Below, piece by piece: positions 51,836 to 64,000 of a stretch of 64,000 nucleotides of DNA. Positions within the stretch are counted from its first letter, which is position 1; each line of letters begins with the position of its first letter. Under the pieces are notes generated by a model. That model saw only the letters and a program-made list of their open reading frames with translations. It was not told the DNA's origin and made no database searches. The DNA is from Chiloscyllium plagiosum (Eukaryota): NCBI RefSeq assembly GCF_004010195.1, contig NC_057728.1:18389852-18453851 (forward strand). Reading direction: 5' to 3'. Made by a program: the position numbers and the translations under genes.

Positions 51836-53039
51836 TAGGACTTTATTGTTAGGAACTTAGTAAACAATGAGACAGATATTAATGTCTTGTATGCTAAACA
51901 GTGCATGCTAATAGAAACAGGATAAACTTTCTCTTCATTATGGTTCCAGCTACCTATAGGCCTTCATGCACTTTTGTATGGTTTGTTACTGTCATCAGAT
52001 CTCTGCAAAAGCGTGTTGTCCTTTAAAAGGGAATTGTGACCGTTGTGAGCAGGTTCCTTCAATCAATCATACAGTAGAATCTTAATAAAAGGTGGCAGAG
52101 TCTAAACTAGGAGGTGCAAAGTCAAACATTTAATTCAAGACAGATAAAATAGAGAAAAAAATAAAAAGCAGAAAAGCTAAATGGGATGAGGAAAATTAGG
52201 CTAATATTCAAAAAATGAAGTTTTATAATTTTCTAATGATAATATTTGAAGAAGTGAGACTCAATACTTATATAAGGTAGTTTTCAGTCTCAGAATGGAT
52301 AATTTGATGTGTATTAAGACTCGTTACATTATTAAAAATTCAATTATATTTGAATGGACAAGCTCTAACCTGTCCTTACATGTTTAGTGGATATCTAGTT
52401 ATTAAGTACAGCAACTTCTGTCCAAGGTATGAAGTGGAGCCCATGGAGGAACAGGGCAACGTGAACAGAATTTTCCTGTCTGCCATGTTTAACTGCACAT
52501 GTGTAGATTATAAAAGCTTCTGCCTGACCTACTCCATAGTAGGTCCACAGATAAGTCTCCCTGTTAGCTTTAAAATAAAATCCAAGCAATTAATAATTAA
52601 GAGGCGGAAGAAAATCAGCTTGAAGAGAGTAATGTTCACCACCTACAACTAACTACCTTTTGGGAGATTTTCTGTGTCAGAAGCAAATTCTGACTGCATC
52701 AAGTCAACATATTTGAAGTGTTTTAGTACCAACACAGAAGGAATAAATGAGAATCAGTAAATCCATGGCTGTTCCAAGATGTTTCAGCAACTATTCACCA
52801 TTCCTCCACCCACAAAGAAATGATCCATAGTCTTATTCTATAGTTGTCACAGCTCTTGAAAAAATGCCTAACATGATGACTTGCTTATAGGTTTTTAACC
52901 AAACCTGATCCTACGCTAAACTATTGCCCACACACAGGCATTCCAAAAGAAATCACAGTGTAACACAATGACAGCCCAGGCTCATTCTCTATCATCCCCA
53001 AAGAAAGAATGCTGAGGCATAGTTAGGAAGGACATTGGG

Positions 53040-53500
53040 AAGATGTTTCCATTGTTAAAAGAGACTAGGACCAGAGGGCACAGCCTTAGAGTAAAGGAAA
53101 CTTTAAGAACAGAGATAAGGAGAAACCTCTCCAGCCAGAGAGTGGTGAATCTATGGAATTCACTGCCACAGAAGTCTGTGGAGGCCAGGTCATTGAATAT
53201 ATTTAAGATTCGGAGATGTCGGTGTTGGACTGGGGTGTACAAAGTTAAAAATCACAACACCAGGTTATAGTCCAACAGGTTTAATTGGAAGCACACTAGC
53301 TTTCGGAGCGACGCTCCTTCATCTGTTGGACTATAACCTGGTGTTGTGGAATATATTTAAGACAGAGATAGGTAGGTTCTTGATTGTCAAGGGGATCAAG
53401 GGTTATGAGGAGAAGGAGGGAAAATGGGGTTGAGAAACTTATTAGCCATGATTGAATGGCGGAGCAGTCTTGGTGGCTGACCGGCCTATGTCTTATGGTC
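53040..53500 (+). mobile_element. CR1-type LINE 3' end, interrupted at 53209-53348
   Basis: TRTRGHSL..RRN.SSQRVVNLWNSLP plus tail. Confidence 0.85.
53209..53348. mobile_element. Hairpin Penelope pLTR insertion (family 2) with a 14-bp TSD
   Basis: TSD gaatatatttaaga at 53195-53208 and 53349-53362. Short inverted arm tgttggactataacctggtgttgtg. Confidence 0.88.
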
Positions 53501-54092
53501 TCTCTCTTCAGTTACTGCTAAAGATACAAAACTGTTTATTATGTACATTAATTCATCTCAATTAACTGTGCAGCTGAAAAATCTCTTTAAAGTACCTTCT
53601 TAGTGGCTACTAAAAATGATTTTTTTTTTCCAAGACTGTTTGTGTATTGGGACAACAGCTGATTGTACAGTCAATAATTAGTGACAAATAAGCATATTTT
53701 CTTTAATGTGAGTCACTTTCAGCTCATTTGTTAGGAAATTATAACAAAGTTACAGGGTTTGAATCTATTTCAGTTCTACTCACTGTTAGGAAAATTAGTA
53801 AATATTAATACACAAAGCAATGATAGTTTCATATTGGATTTGAACAACAAGTCAATATTTTCTCTTCATTCATTACTCTATAATTTAATGATAACTCATA
53901 TCTAGCACTAACTTCACAATTTCAATGCATTATTATCTATTAATTGAGAAGAGAAAGCAACATTAAAAGGAAAACTTCATTATATACACATATTACTTTG
54001 ATATCCTTCATTATCAATTACTGATAATTTATTTGATCTTCAAAATATCACTCACTGATCATAGCAACAAACCAACTGAACAGTGCAACAGG

Positions 54093-54420
54093 GAGATGGA
54101 AACCTCATAGTAATAACACTGGACTGGTACTCTAAAGAGCCAGGGTTTAAAACCTATGATGGCAATGGTGGAATTTAACTTTAATACAATATGAAATTGA
54201 AAGGTAGCTTCAATCTCCATCAATTGTTATAAAAACCCAAATATTTCACTAATGTCCTTTAGGGAAGGAAAGCTGCCACCTGTACTTGGCGTGATCTACA
54301 GCGGCTCCAGATCTATATCAATATGGTGGATTCTCAACTCAAGCCACTCAGTTCAAAGATGATTAAGGATAGGCAACAAATGCTGGCCTTGCCATCGATA
54401 CCCATATCCCAGAGGGAGAA
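54093..54420 (+). mobile_element. Old tRNA-derived SINE (same family as 1385-1715)
   Basis: aatgtcctttagggaaggaa..ctgcc..aagccactcagttcaa..ggcaacaaatgctggccttgcca. Confidence 0.65.
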
Positions 54421-54702
54421 AAGTTGTCAAAATATCAGCAATGGAATTATCATTCATTCTTTTAACAGTATTTTCGAGCCGAAGAGGAATGAAGGCTGTA
54501 TGGGAAAGTAGACGTCAGGCCAGATGAACTGAAGTAGATTCAGAGCCTATAACTTCATTATAATATCTCAATAAATGCACTGAAAGTGACTCATGTAAAG
54601 ATATTATCATTATTTGTCACTAACTATCTCATGAATGGCAGAGCAGGCATTGAGCTAACTGGTTAAAATTCAAATGCTCACATGTAGTATTATCATCTTT
54701 AC

Positions 54703-54795
54703 CTGAGGTAGCACTGCTGGTCCTTGGCCTGCCAACCTCTGCAATGAGCTGACCTGGGGGACCTTAATGGGCACTGCAGTAATAGTTCCCAGTGT
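54703..54795 (-). CDS. PHF21B: PHF21B internal coding exon (most 5' exon found in window): [31 protein letters not shown]
   Basis: 93 nt, tgcag| ... cag|gtaaag, phase 0-0. Peptide matches recalled vertebrate PHF21[32 protein letters not shown]. Confidence 0.93.
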
Positions 54796-56519
54796 CTGCA
54801 CAAGTAAAAAAAATGACAACATAATTAGAGTCAGAATCTGTTTGTAAGTTAGTTTTGAAACAATGTTATTGAAATGATGGCAGAAATTATGGTTTCTACA
54901 GAATTTGTAATTTACAACATGTCAAGAACAATTGACCTTTAGCTTTTTAACATTAATGATCAAGAAATATTTTACTCAAGGAAATACTTAAAGGGAGCTA
55001 AGAAAAAAATAAATCCTGCACACAAATAAAATATTTCATTACATGTGATAATTTGGCCATTGAAAGAATTAAAATAATTTAATATTTCCAGTATATACCT
55101 TCGTTATCTTCTTTGATTTTGGAGACGCAAACCCATTTAGTTCAAACGTAAATATTAAGTATGGAGGAGGAGCAATTAAGATACTTCAACTCCTCAGATA
55201 CTTGTTATTCTACCTTATTGTTACAGTAGCTTCATACTTAATAACTTGAGGACTTGTTCTTGAAGGTTTGTGAAAACCTGTAATTTTTTTCTCCCCCCCA
55301 AGAGAAAGGCCAGCAAACCTTTTTATAACAAGGCATTTTTTGAAAGTCATGTCATGTGGTAACTGCTTATTTACTGCAGATGCCTGCCAGGATTTACGAC
55401 AACCAAGTTGCAGCTTCTGTTTTGCAGATTGCTTAGATTTTCACTTGGCGGACAGCCTGGGAAAGGAGAACAGCTTCTCAGCCCTGCTCTCCTATTTCTG
55501 AAAAACCTCCCATTGTGCGTCTAGTGTTGCACCTGATTCTCTGGTTCAGTCTTAACCCAGGTTATCCTCAAAAGCATCCAACACAATATTAAATACTGTA
55601 TTTCTTCTTCAAGCTATTTTGGCAAGAATCCGACTAGGCATCTGCTCGTGCTTGGTGACATCTGTCTTTACACATCTGAATGCCAGATTGACAGCTGTCT
55701 GAGCATTCCACAGCTTTTCCTTTTCTCTTACCTTCAAGGACTAAAAAGTGAATCATTGCAGAGAGAAATTTCTTTTCCCTCTTTTCCTAGTATGACAGGA
55801 CATGTCTATTTAGATGTGAAAGCAATTACATTTTTATATCTGTCACTAGAAATCACTTGCTAACGAGTATGAAATTCTAAATCACTGGAAATGGGTTTGG
55901 TAGGTTCTTGAATGGCTATTGAGCCCAATCCCAGAGCCACATCTCCAACGATACATCTAACAAGTCACTGGCCTTGAAATTGCTGGCATTCGTTTCTCTG
56001 GTTCCTTTTCCATACTTGCTCTTACAGACAGGTGTTCTTAAAAAAAAGTGTCCCTTCATAGAGAAAGTTCCTTCAAGTCGGACACACTGACATTTCTGTT
56101 GCATCTCTTGAGTGAAGCCTTCAGGGAAATCTTTCAAACATTTCCTGTGTTGTCCTCTTGTTTGAGTGCTTTCTTTGAGCTGGGCAAAGATGATTTGCTT
56201 TGGCAGTCAGAACTCAATCACCCTAAACGGAACCAACTCCAATGGAGTTGGTTCCAAATGTTCATGGCCTCGATATTGTTGGCTCCTGCAAGGATGCTGA
56301 CGTTAGTACACCTGCCCTCTTAGTTGATGTGGAGAATTGCCTCAAACAGTGCTGACAGTACTTCCCAAGGGCCTTGAGGTGGCATCTATATGTAGTTCAA
56401 ATTCTGAAGCCACATAAAAGAATCGAAAGGCTTATTGCCTATCTTCATATTACAAATTGTGTTAACGAATTTTACATCTTCAGATAATAAATATTTCAAT
56501 AAACAAAAAATATTATCGA

Positions 56520-57395
56520 AGAAAATGACTAGGATGCAGGGGCAGAAATCACTTTAATCAAATTTGTATGACACTAAAATAGATGAGAAAATAAGCTGCA
56601 ATGAAGAAATAAGAAATTTATAAATGGATATGGATAGGTGAGGTGAATGGAGGAAAATTTGGTCGATAAAGTCTAACATGCATAGGTGTGAGATTATCCA
56701 TTTTGGTCAGAGAAATGGAAAGGCAACATATTGTTTAAATGGAGAGAACTTTCAGAGTGCAGAGGGATCTGTGTCCTTGAGCACAAATCATAGAACATTA
56801 GTATGCAGGTACAGCAGGTTATAACAAAAGCGAGTGAAATTTTGGTATTTATAGCTAAAGGAACAGAATATGAAAGTAGGGAAATATGGCTGCAACTGGA
56901 TGTGGTTGTATTGGAGACTATTCAAATGAGGATTACTAAAGATTAAATCTGCAGATATATGAGGTTTGTCTTAAGAAGAGTGATTGAGCAGTTTAGGCCT
57001 ATACTCTCTAGAGTTTAGAAGAATTGTAGGTGCTAAAGAGGATTGAGAAAGTAATGTAAAAAGGATGTTTCCTCATGTGGGCAAACTAGAACAAGAGATC
57101 ACAGTTTTAGGATAAGGAGTAGCAGATTTAAAACCAACATAAGGAGAAATTACTTCTTTCAAAGGGTCACGAATCTGTGGAATTCACTCCCCCAGAGTCT
57201 GGCTGATGTTGGGACACTAAGTAAATGTAAGGAGGAGATAGGCAGACTAAGTCTGAGTCATGGGTTGAAGGCTTATGAAGACAGGGCAGAAAATTGGAGA
57301 TGAGGCCGAGATGAAATCAGCTCCAATTGGATCAAATGGCACAGCAGGCTCAAGGGGCTGAAATGTTTACTCCTGCTCCCAATTCTCATGTTCTA
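56520..57395 (+). mobile_element. CR1-type LINE 3' portion
   Basis: CEIIHFG, RRNYFFQRVTNLWNSLP-like sequence and tail. Confidence 0.8.
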
Positions 57396-57399
57396 AGTA

Positions 57400-58970
57400 G
57401 GGAACAACATGGGAACAAGGGAAAGAATAGGAAACTGCAGGCCAGTCAGTATAACTTCAATGGTGTGGAAACTATTGGAAGCAATTCTGAGGGACAGGCT
57501 TGATCTGCACTCATAGAGGCAGGGATTAATCAAGAACAGTCAGCATTGTTTTGTTAAAGGGAGGGTATTTCTGACCAACTCAATTGAATTTTCCAAAAAG
57601 TAACCATGTGTGTCAGTGAAAACAATACATTCACCATAGTCTGCTTGGATTTCAGCAAGGCTTTTGATTAGGTCTCACATTCTTTGTGAAGATAAGAGCC
57701 CATGGGATCCAAGGAAATTTGGCTAACTGAATCCAAAATTGGCTGAATGGCATGATGCAGACTATATCAAGGGATATTTTTGTGACTGGAAACCTGTGTT
57801 CCATTGTGATCAGTGTCAGGGCCCTTGCTGTTTGTGGTACATATAAGCTATTTCGAGTTGATCCTCGGAGGGTTGATCAGAAAAATTGTAGATATATGAA
57901 AATTAGTGGAGTGGTAAATTAGGAGGAAGATTATTTTAGATTACAGAAAGATATGGATGGGGTGGTCAGAAGGGCTGATCAGTGGCAAGTGGAACTCAAT
58001 ACAGGTAAGTATGAGGTAATATTTGAGTGGTAGGAGTCTGGGAAGCACCAAGGGTTCAGCGGGACCTTGGTGTGCATGTCCACTGGCCCTATGAGTTAGC
58101 AGGTCACTTAGATAATGTAGCTAAGAAAACATATTTTGCCTTTATTAGCTGAGGCATAGAGTTTAAAATGGAAGTTATGCTGTCACTGTATAACATGTCT
58201 GTTAGGCTACAGCTAGAGTATTCTGTGCAGTTGTGAAATCCGTATTATAGGAGAAATATGATTGCGATGGAGAGAGTGCAGATGAGATTTACAAGGATGT
58301 TGCTTGGGCTGGAGACTTTCAATTATGAAAAAGATTGGATAGACTGGGGTTGTTTTCCTTGGAGCAAAGGAGGCTACAGGGGCACATAACTGGGATGTAT
58401 AAAATTGAGAGGCATAGATAATGTAGACAGGAAGGAACATTTCCCCTCGGTGGAGGGATCAATGACCAAGACGCAAAGTATTAAGCTTAGGTCGGAGATT
58501 TAGAGGGGATGTGAGGAAATTATTTTTCACTCATAGGCTAGTGAGAATCTAGAACTGCTGCCTGTAAGAGTGGAAGAGGCAGAACATTCAAGGTGTATTT
58601 AGATATGCACTTGTGATGTCAGGGCACACAAGGATATGGGCGAAAGTGAGTACTGCAGATGCTGGAGATTAGAGTCAAGAGTGTCGTGCTGGAAAAGCAG
58701 GTCAGGCAGCATCTGAGGAGCAGGAAAATCGATGTTTCGAGCAAAAGCCCTTCATCAGGTGGAAAATGGGATTAGAATGGTTAGTATTCTGAGGAAAGTC
58801 ATTCTGAGGAAAATGTTAACTCTGACTTCTCTCCACAGATGCTGCTAGACCTGCTGAGCTCTTCCAGCAATTTTTGCTTTTGTACAAGAATGGTTAGATG
58901 TGGTTGTTTTCAAATGGCACAAACTCAATGCACCAGATAGCCTTTTTTCTATGCTGTAGACCTTTATGAT
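57400..58970 (+). mobile_element. CR1-type LINE RT to 3' end with nested pLTR fragments
   Basis: ggatttcagcaaggcttttga (DFSKAF), LEYSVQL, ERVQMRFTRML. Confidence 0.82.
58643..58760 (-). mobile_element. Penelope pLTR 3' end with a near-intact hammerhead core
   Basis: Minus strand reads cCTGATGAaGGGCttttGCTCGAAACATCgat. Confidence 0.75.
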
Positions 58971-61900
58971 TTTTTTTTAATTCGAAGTCTAAAATTGAGA
59001 AAGTATAAAATTGACTAGATGAGAACAGCATAAAAACAATTACATTTACGTTGTAATAAAACAGAAATGCCAGAGAAACTCAACAGCCTTGGCTTCATCA
59101 ATTAAGGGAGAAACAAAGTTAATGTCTGGGGCTGACATGACTCTCCCTCAGACTCAAATGTTTTTCTCACTGTAGATATTGCCAGTCCACTGACTTTCCT
59201 TCAGCACTTTCTGCTGTTATTTCAGATTTCCAGTATTTGCTTAATTTTGTTTTATGACCTGTGGAGTACAGGACCAAAAAGAAAGACAACCAACTTTTCA
59301 CATCTCAGTCAAAACAGAGAGTGCCGAGAAGGTAAAAGCTTGACCATATATCTTCTACTGCATATGGAGATCACAAAAGTAATGCATCTTTTGGTGGCTT
59401 TGAAGATTCCTGCTTTAAGCATGGAGTAAAGTTGGAGGACTGAGAGAAAGAAAAATTGTGCAGGAGGTCAAGTTACAGCAAGCAATGTTGTAAAAGTATG
59501 GCATGAAGAAAACCCTGATTAGGGAAAAACATGAAGTGAAGAAAGAAGAAGCCCACAGCAAAAATTAATACTGTTTTGAGAAAGTAATATGCAGCAAGCT
59601 ATATTAAAGAGAAAGGAACTTGAGATTTTGCGTTCATTTTCATAAGTGAGCTTCCTGATCTGTAAGTTATTGATTCTCTTAAAGTTGTACTTGTTTGCCA
59701 TATGACTATCAACTGATGTTCCATTTTGGCCACTGTAGGTATTGGCATATGCTGTTTGAGTTTGTCAATTGTTTGTCCTATGCATGAGTACTGTTTAGAG
59801 TGTGCATGCAAGTATGAAGTTGGGGAAAATTCTGGGTTTTATTTTAAGTTAGAAAAGTGAATGTGTCTCAATGTTGGAATATTGAAATTTTATTTTTACT
59901 GTGAAAGCAACCTCTTGTTCAGTTTTTACAGTAATTCAGAAAGGCACTTGAAAAAAGGAAAAAAAAATCGCTAATAAAAGCAAAATATTGCAGATGCTGG
60001 AAAAATTAAAAGAAAATATATGAAAATATAAAGTGGAGCAGCAACTCAGCAGTTCTGGCAGCATCTGTGGACAGACAAACAGAGTTAACGTATGAAGCCC
60101 AATATTGCTCTTCTTTGGAGCTGAAGAGTGATATTAGACTTGAAACATTAACAATCTCTGACAATACATCCAAGATGTTTGTGTTTGGTTTGTAATTTTA
60201 AACCTAAATTACATTGGAAATGAGATTTTTTGTTTGATCCTTTTATGGAATGTGGGTGCCACAGGAAATCCAATATTTGTTACCATTTCTTAATTGTCCT
60301 GGAGAAGGTGCTAGTGAGTCATTTTCTTGAATTGCTGCAATCCATTTAGTGGAAGCACATGTATACTGTAAATAAAGTTGTGAAAAATATGACTTTTATT
60401 GGGGCCACACTGAAATTCTCACTATGATAAATTATAAGTGAATTTCTACTTCTACATAAAATTAACTGGCTTTTCTGTTAACTTCCAAGAAGTCAGTGGC
60501 TTGAAATGACTGTTTTAATTCTCTTGGTGATCCTAGAAAATGAAACAAGAAGGGGTATTCTGCTGCTGTGACGCTAATGATCTGTTGATATCTTGCAGAT
60601 AGATTGTAACAAAACATCAATATTGTGAAACAACTTAATTTGAGGTTGCATGGATCTGAGACAATTGACATTGATTGATGAAGTCTGTTTTTGTCTCCTT
60701 TTGAAATGCAGAAACATTAACTTCACAAGCATCATTTTTGTGCTTTATATAAACACATTAATTGTTTTTAACTCACCAAGCAATAATTTCCATGTAGAAA
60801 CTCATTTGAGGTTTAATGAGGTTGTTTGATTTTTTTTGAAATCCTTCGATATTAGCATACGTTTACTAAATTCAATGGTATGCAGTTTTGTCTTAAGTTT
60901 GCATATAAATTGAAACCTTTTCATGAATGTGCTGCAACTAAATGATCTACATATAGATCTAAAAATACGTACATCTGAATATTGCACCATAGTGTTCTAA
61001 CTAATCGCTTCTAATTCTGGAGTGTCACCGTTTACAGTTCTACCAGTACAAAGTGACCACAGACCAACATACAAATGGCATCCTCAGATTCTGAATTTGC
61101 TGCAATTCTACTTTGATCCTGATAGTGGTATTTGAAATTATGTCTATGAAATAGATGTTCTAAATAGCTTCAGTATTTGAATCAAACAATTTGTTGCAGA
61201 CATTATTATAATATCGCTGATAATGAATGGACTATGTCCACACAATACTGAATCAGACATGATGTGTGAGCTCTTAAGGGTCATTATTCAGGTGGAGCCT
61301 AACAGTTACAGGTGATGTTTCAACTGTAGTTTCAAATTGATGTTTCAATTATGTTGGTAATATTACATTTATTTCAGATGGTATATTCAAAAGCAAGGTG
61401 CACAATTGAAAAATGTTATTGATCAGTCTTAACTGACTGCACAAGTGATACCCAAATGGCTCCTGTTGGCAAAATACAAAAAGAAGAGAAGGGGGATCTT
61501 GTATTTGAATATACATTGCTGTTCATGGGATCACAAATGCTAAAACAATTTTCTGCATTAAGTGCTGAAAACTGGAAAGTCACTCATCTGTTTCTTAAGA
61601 GTTTGAGAACTTTTTATCATAATAAAGTGTTTGAGTAGGTCTACAATCATGAAAACAGAATCAGTAAAAGAGGTTGATGAACAAACAGTGTTTAATATTC
61701 ACTCAATATTATCTGAAATCCAAGCGGTGGCTTTTAATGTATTAGAAATTACTGTTAATAGAAATGGAATGCAAGGATGAAAAGCTAGAATTTAGTGTTG
61801 AGTGAACCATGCTGTAATGCCAAGGCGAGGTATCTGAATTCATTGATAATCATATAAACAGAACAATGCTACATGAGTTGTTTAAGGTGTAGCTGGTGTG

Positions 61901-62396
61901 AGGATCAAGTGGTCTGCTATGACCTGTATAGTTTCAAGCCTTCAGAGTGCTCTGGAGTTGTGCTTACTCTGGCAAGCGGACAGTATGCCATCACACTCTT
62001 GCCTTGTGCTTTGTGGATGGTTGATAGACTTTGGGGAATCAAACAGTTAAGTTGTTCCTTGTATAATTCCCAGATGCTGACCTGCTATTGTAGCCACAGT
62101 ATTTATGTGATTGATCCAATTCAGTTTCTGGTCAATGGTAACCCAATGGTAACAATCTTTGCTCCCAGTTTCAACCATTTGGTAGAACAGAATGAGCTGC
62201 CAATTTGCATAAAATGGCCTTCATTTAAATGGGCCAGAATACCTCAGTCATGGCACAGAAATAGCAACTTTGTTTCAACACCATTAAAGGTGATAGCCCA
62301 AAACCTACCTTAGAAACATGCACAAAACTTAGACTGAAATTTTGGTAGAATGTCAGATATGAAGTTAAATGGTATCCCTGACTATTCACTATATTA

Positions 62397-62736
62397 TAGA
62401 ATCCCCACAGTGTGGAAACAGGCCCTTCGGCCCAACAAGTCCACACTAATCCTCTGAAGAATATCCCACCCAAACCCATTCCCCATTACTCTACATTTAC
62501 CAACTAATGCACCTAACCTACACACCCCTGAACACAATAGGCAATTTAGCATGGCCTATTCACCCAACTGCACACCTTTGGATTGTGGGAGGAAACCGGA
62601 GTAGCCGGAGGAAACCCATGCAGACACGAGGAGAATGCGCAAACTCCACACAGACAGTTGCCTGAGGCTGGAATCAAACCCATGTCCCTGGTGTTGTGAG
62701 ACAGCAGTGCTAACCACTGAGCCACCGTGCCACCCC
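62397..62736 (-). mobile_element. HE1-type V-SINE
   Basis: Full-length match to the other copies. Confidence 0.9.
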
Positions 62737-63466
62737 TAAATGTCCACTATATGTGGACATTAAAAAAATTCCACAACATTATCTGAAGAGATGTGTGGAG
62801 TAACTGGGCAATAAGTATCCCTCAACCAATATCACTAAAAAAAAATCCAATTATAACCACATCAACGTTTGTAGGACTAAATTGGCTGCCCTGTTTTCTA
62901 CACAACACCAATAACATTTGAGAAAAAAACCTCATTGGCTATAAAACTTTGGAATGTCATTAGATCATAAAAGGCAAGTTCTTTCATTATCTTTCAATAT
63001 TGTGCAAACCCTCGTTGTTAGTAACATGCTAACAGGGTTAGAAATAGTGTGATTTTCTACATTTGCATGGTATAAAACAACAAATTCTAAACATTCACAA
63101 AATAGTTGCAACCTTGGAGGTTTGAGCCTTTTCAATAAAACACTTAATTAATTAGATGTTTAATTATTTTATATATTCCTTTACATCCTCTACCACCACA
63201 TGTTCACTCTAAATGAAACACAATATTGTCTTCACAGAATTTCAATGTTGTTTAGTTTTCTCCTAATTGTCGACTTTTTCATACAACGAAATGTCAGTGT
63301 GATTGGCACAATTATTTTGCCACATCATTGTACTACAAAATAGGAGTGCAATAAACATAGATGCCTTACCAATATTTTAATAGCTGTGCATAATTTAGTT
63401 AAGTGGTAACCGCAGGGATGATCCTTCTTCTCCCTTTCTTTCTCAATTGAATTATCAAGATGTTAA

Positions 63467-63688
63467 TACAAGCTGTTTTGCTATAACACGCGTTTCCACA
63501 ATGCAAATTCGCTGTAACATGATTGATGAATTGGGAACACTACTTGTAAAGCACAAACTTTTAAAATGTTGTGTTGCCTGTAACATGATTACATCGCCAA
63601 CATTTCAAGCGCGGTTTCTAAAGTGCAATTTTTATAACAAGGGGCTGTACAAGAACACAACCTTTGCATTATAGAAGAACTGACTGTG
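63467..63688. mobile_element. Probable Tc1/mariner (Tigger-like) MITE
   Basis: Imperfect TIRs taca..gttttgctataac / attatagaagaactgactgt, with internal gctgtaacatgatt repeats. Confidence 0.5.
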
Positions 63689-64000
63689 GTCAACTTTACA
63701 AACTGCAGCAAACTTTGTTTCAACTGGTATCTTGTAAACTAGCAGAAATTACATACCTCAAACGCTGGAAGTTTACTACATTATTACGAACTCTGCATGG
63801 TCTGAGTTATCAGTTGAAGGTGCGAGTAAGGAGGCTCTATGCCAGTAAGTTTTACTGAATGCAAAACTGCATTATTACTTAAGCGATTATTCTGTAAACA
63901 AAACATAACAGTGATGTGTATACCCTGTTCTTTATATTTCTATGATTATGTGTTTTCACATTGATTATGTGAACCTCTTGATTAACCAGAATATTTGATC

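Noticed and set aside
1090-54795. Calling the gene PHF21A because of the PHD sequence
   Set aside because: The N-terminal exons, ANEDLCWK, VTTEHLEE and RGSEL motifs match PHF21B.
60540-60720. Possible C/D snoRNA or conserved element (tgatga, ctga motifs)
   Set aside because: The boxes are not in convincing order or spacing, there is no terminal stem, and they lie on the strand opposite the host gene.
54796-64000. PHF21B first exons or promoter
   Set aside because: No MELQ or DLKKQLHE-coding exon and no CpG island found. They are probably upstream of the window.
1-64000. CRISPR arrays, prokaryotic operons, rRNA
   Set aside because: The sequence is vertebrate intron/exon DNA and no such structures were seen.

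Overview
Eukaryotic (cartilaginous fish, very likely a shark) genomic DNA lying entirely inside one minus-strand gene, the PHD-finger chromatin reader PHF21B. I traced 10 internal GT-AG coding exons (54795 down to 1090; 1104 nt, 368 codons, phases consistent). The first and last exons appear to lie outside the window. The introns are packed with retroelements: CR1/HER1-type LINE fragments (mostly antisense to the gene), eight HE1-type V-SINEs, other tRNA/Deu-type SINEs, Penelope-like elements (PLEs), a solo LTR and a MITE. There are two assembly gaps. Main points of interest: (1) a 23-nt microexon (ANEDLCWK) whose skipping creates an immediate stop codon before the PHD finger; (2) a PHD finger that looks PHF21A/BHC80-like; (3) several small TSD-flanked hairpin insertions made of Penelope pseudo-LTRs carrying minimal hammerhead-ribozyme cores, one of which encloses non-repeat cargo DNA. 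Homology calls come from my recollection of these families, not from searches. Repeat boundaries are approximate.
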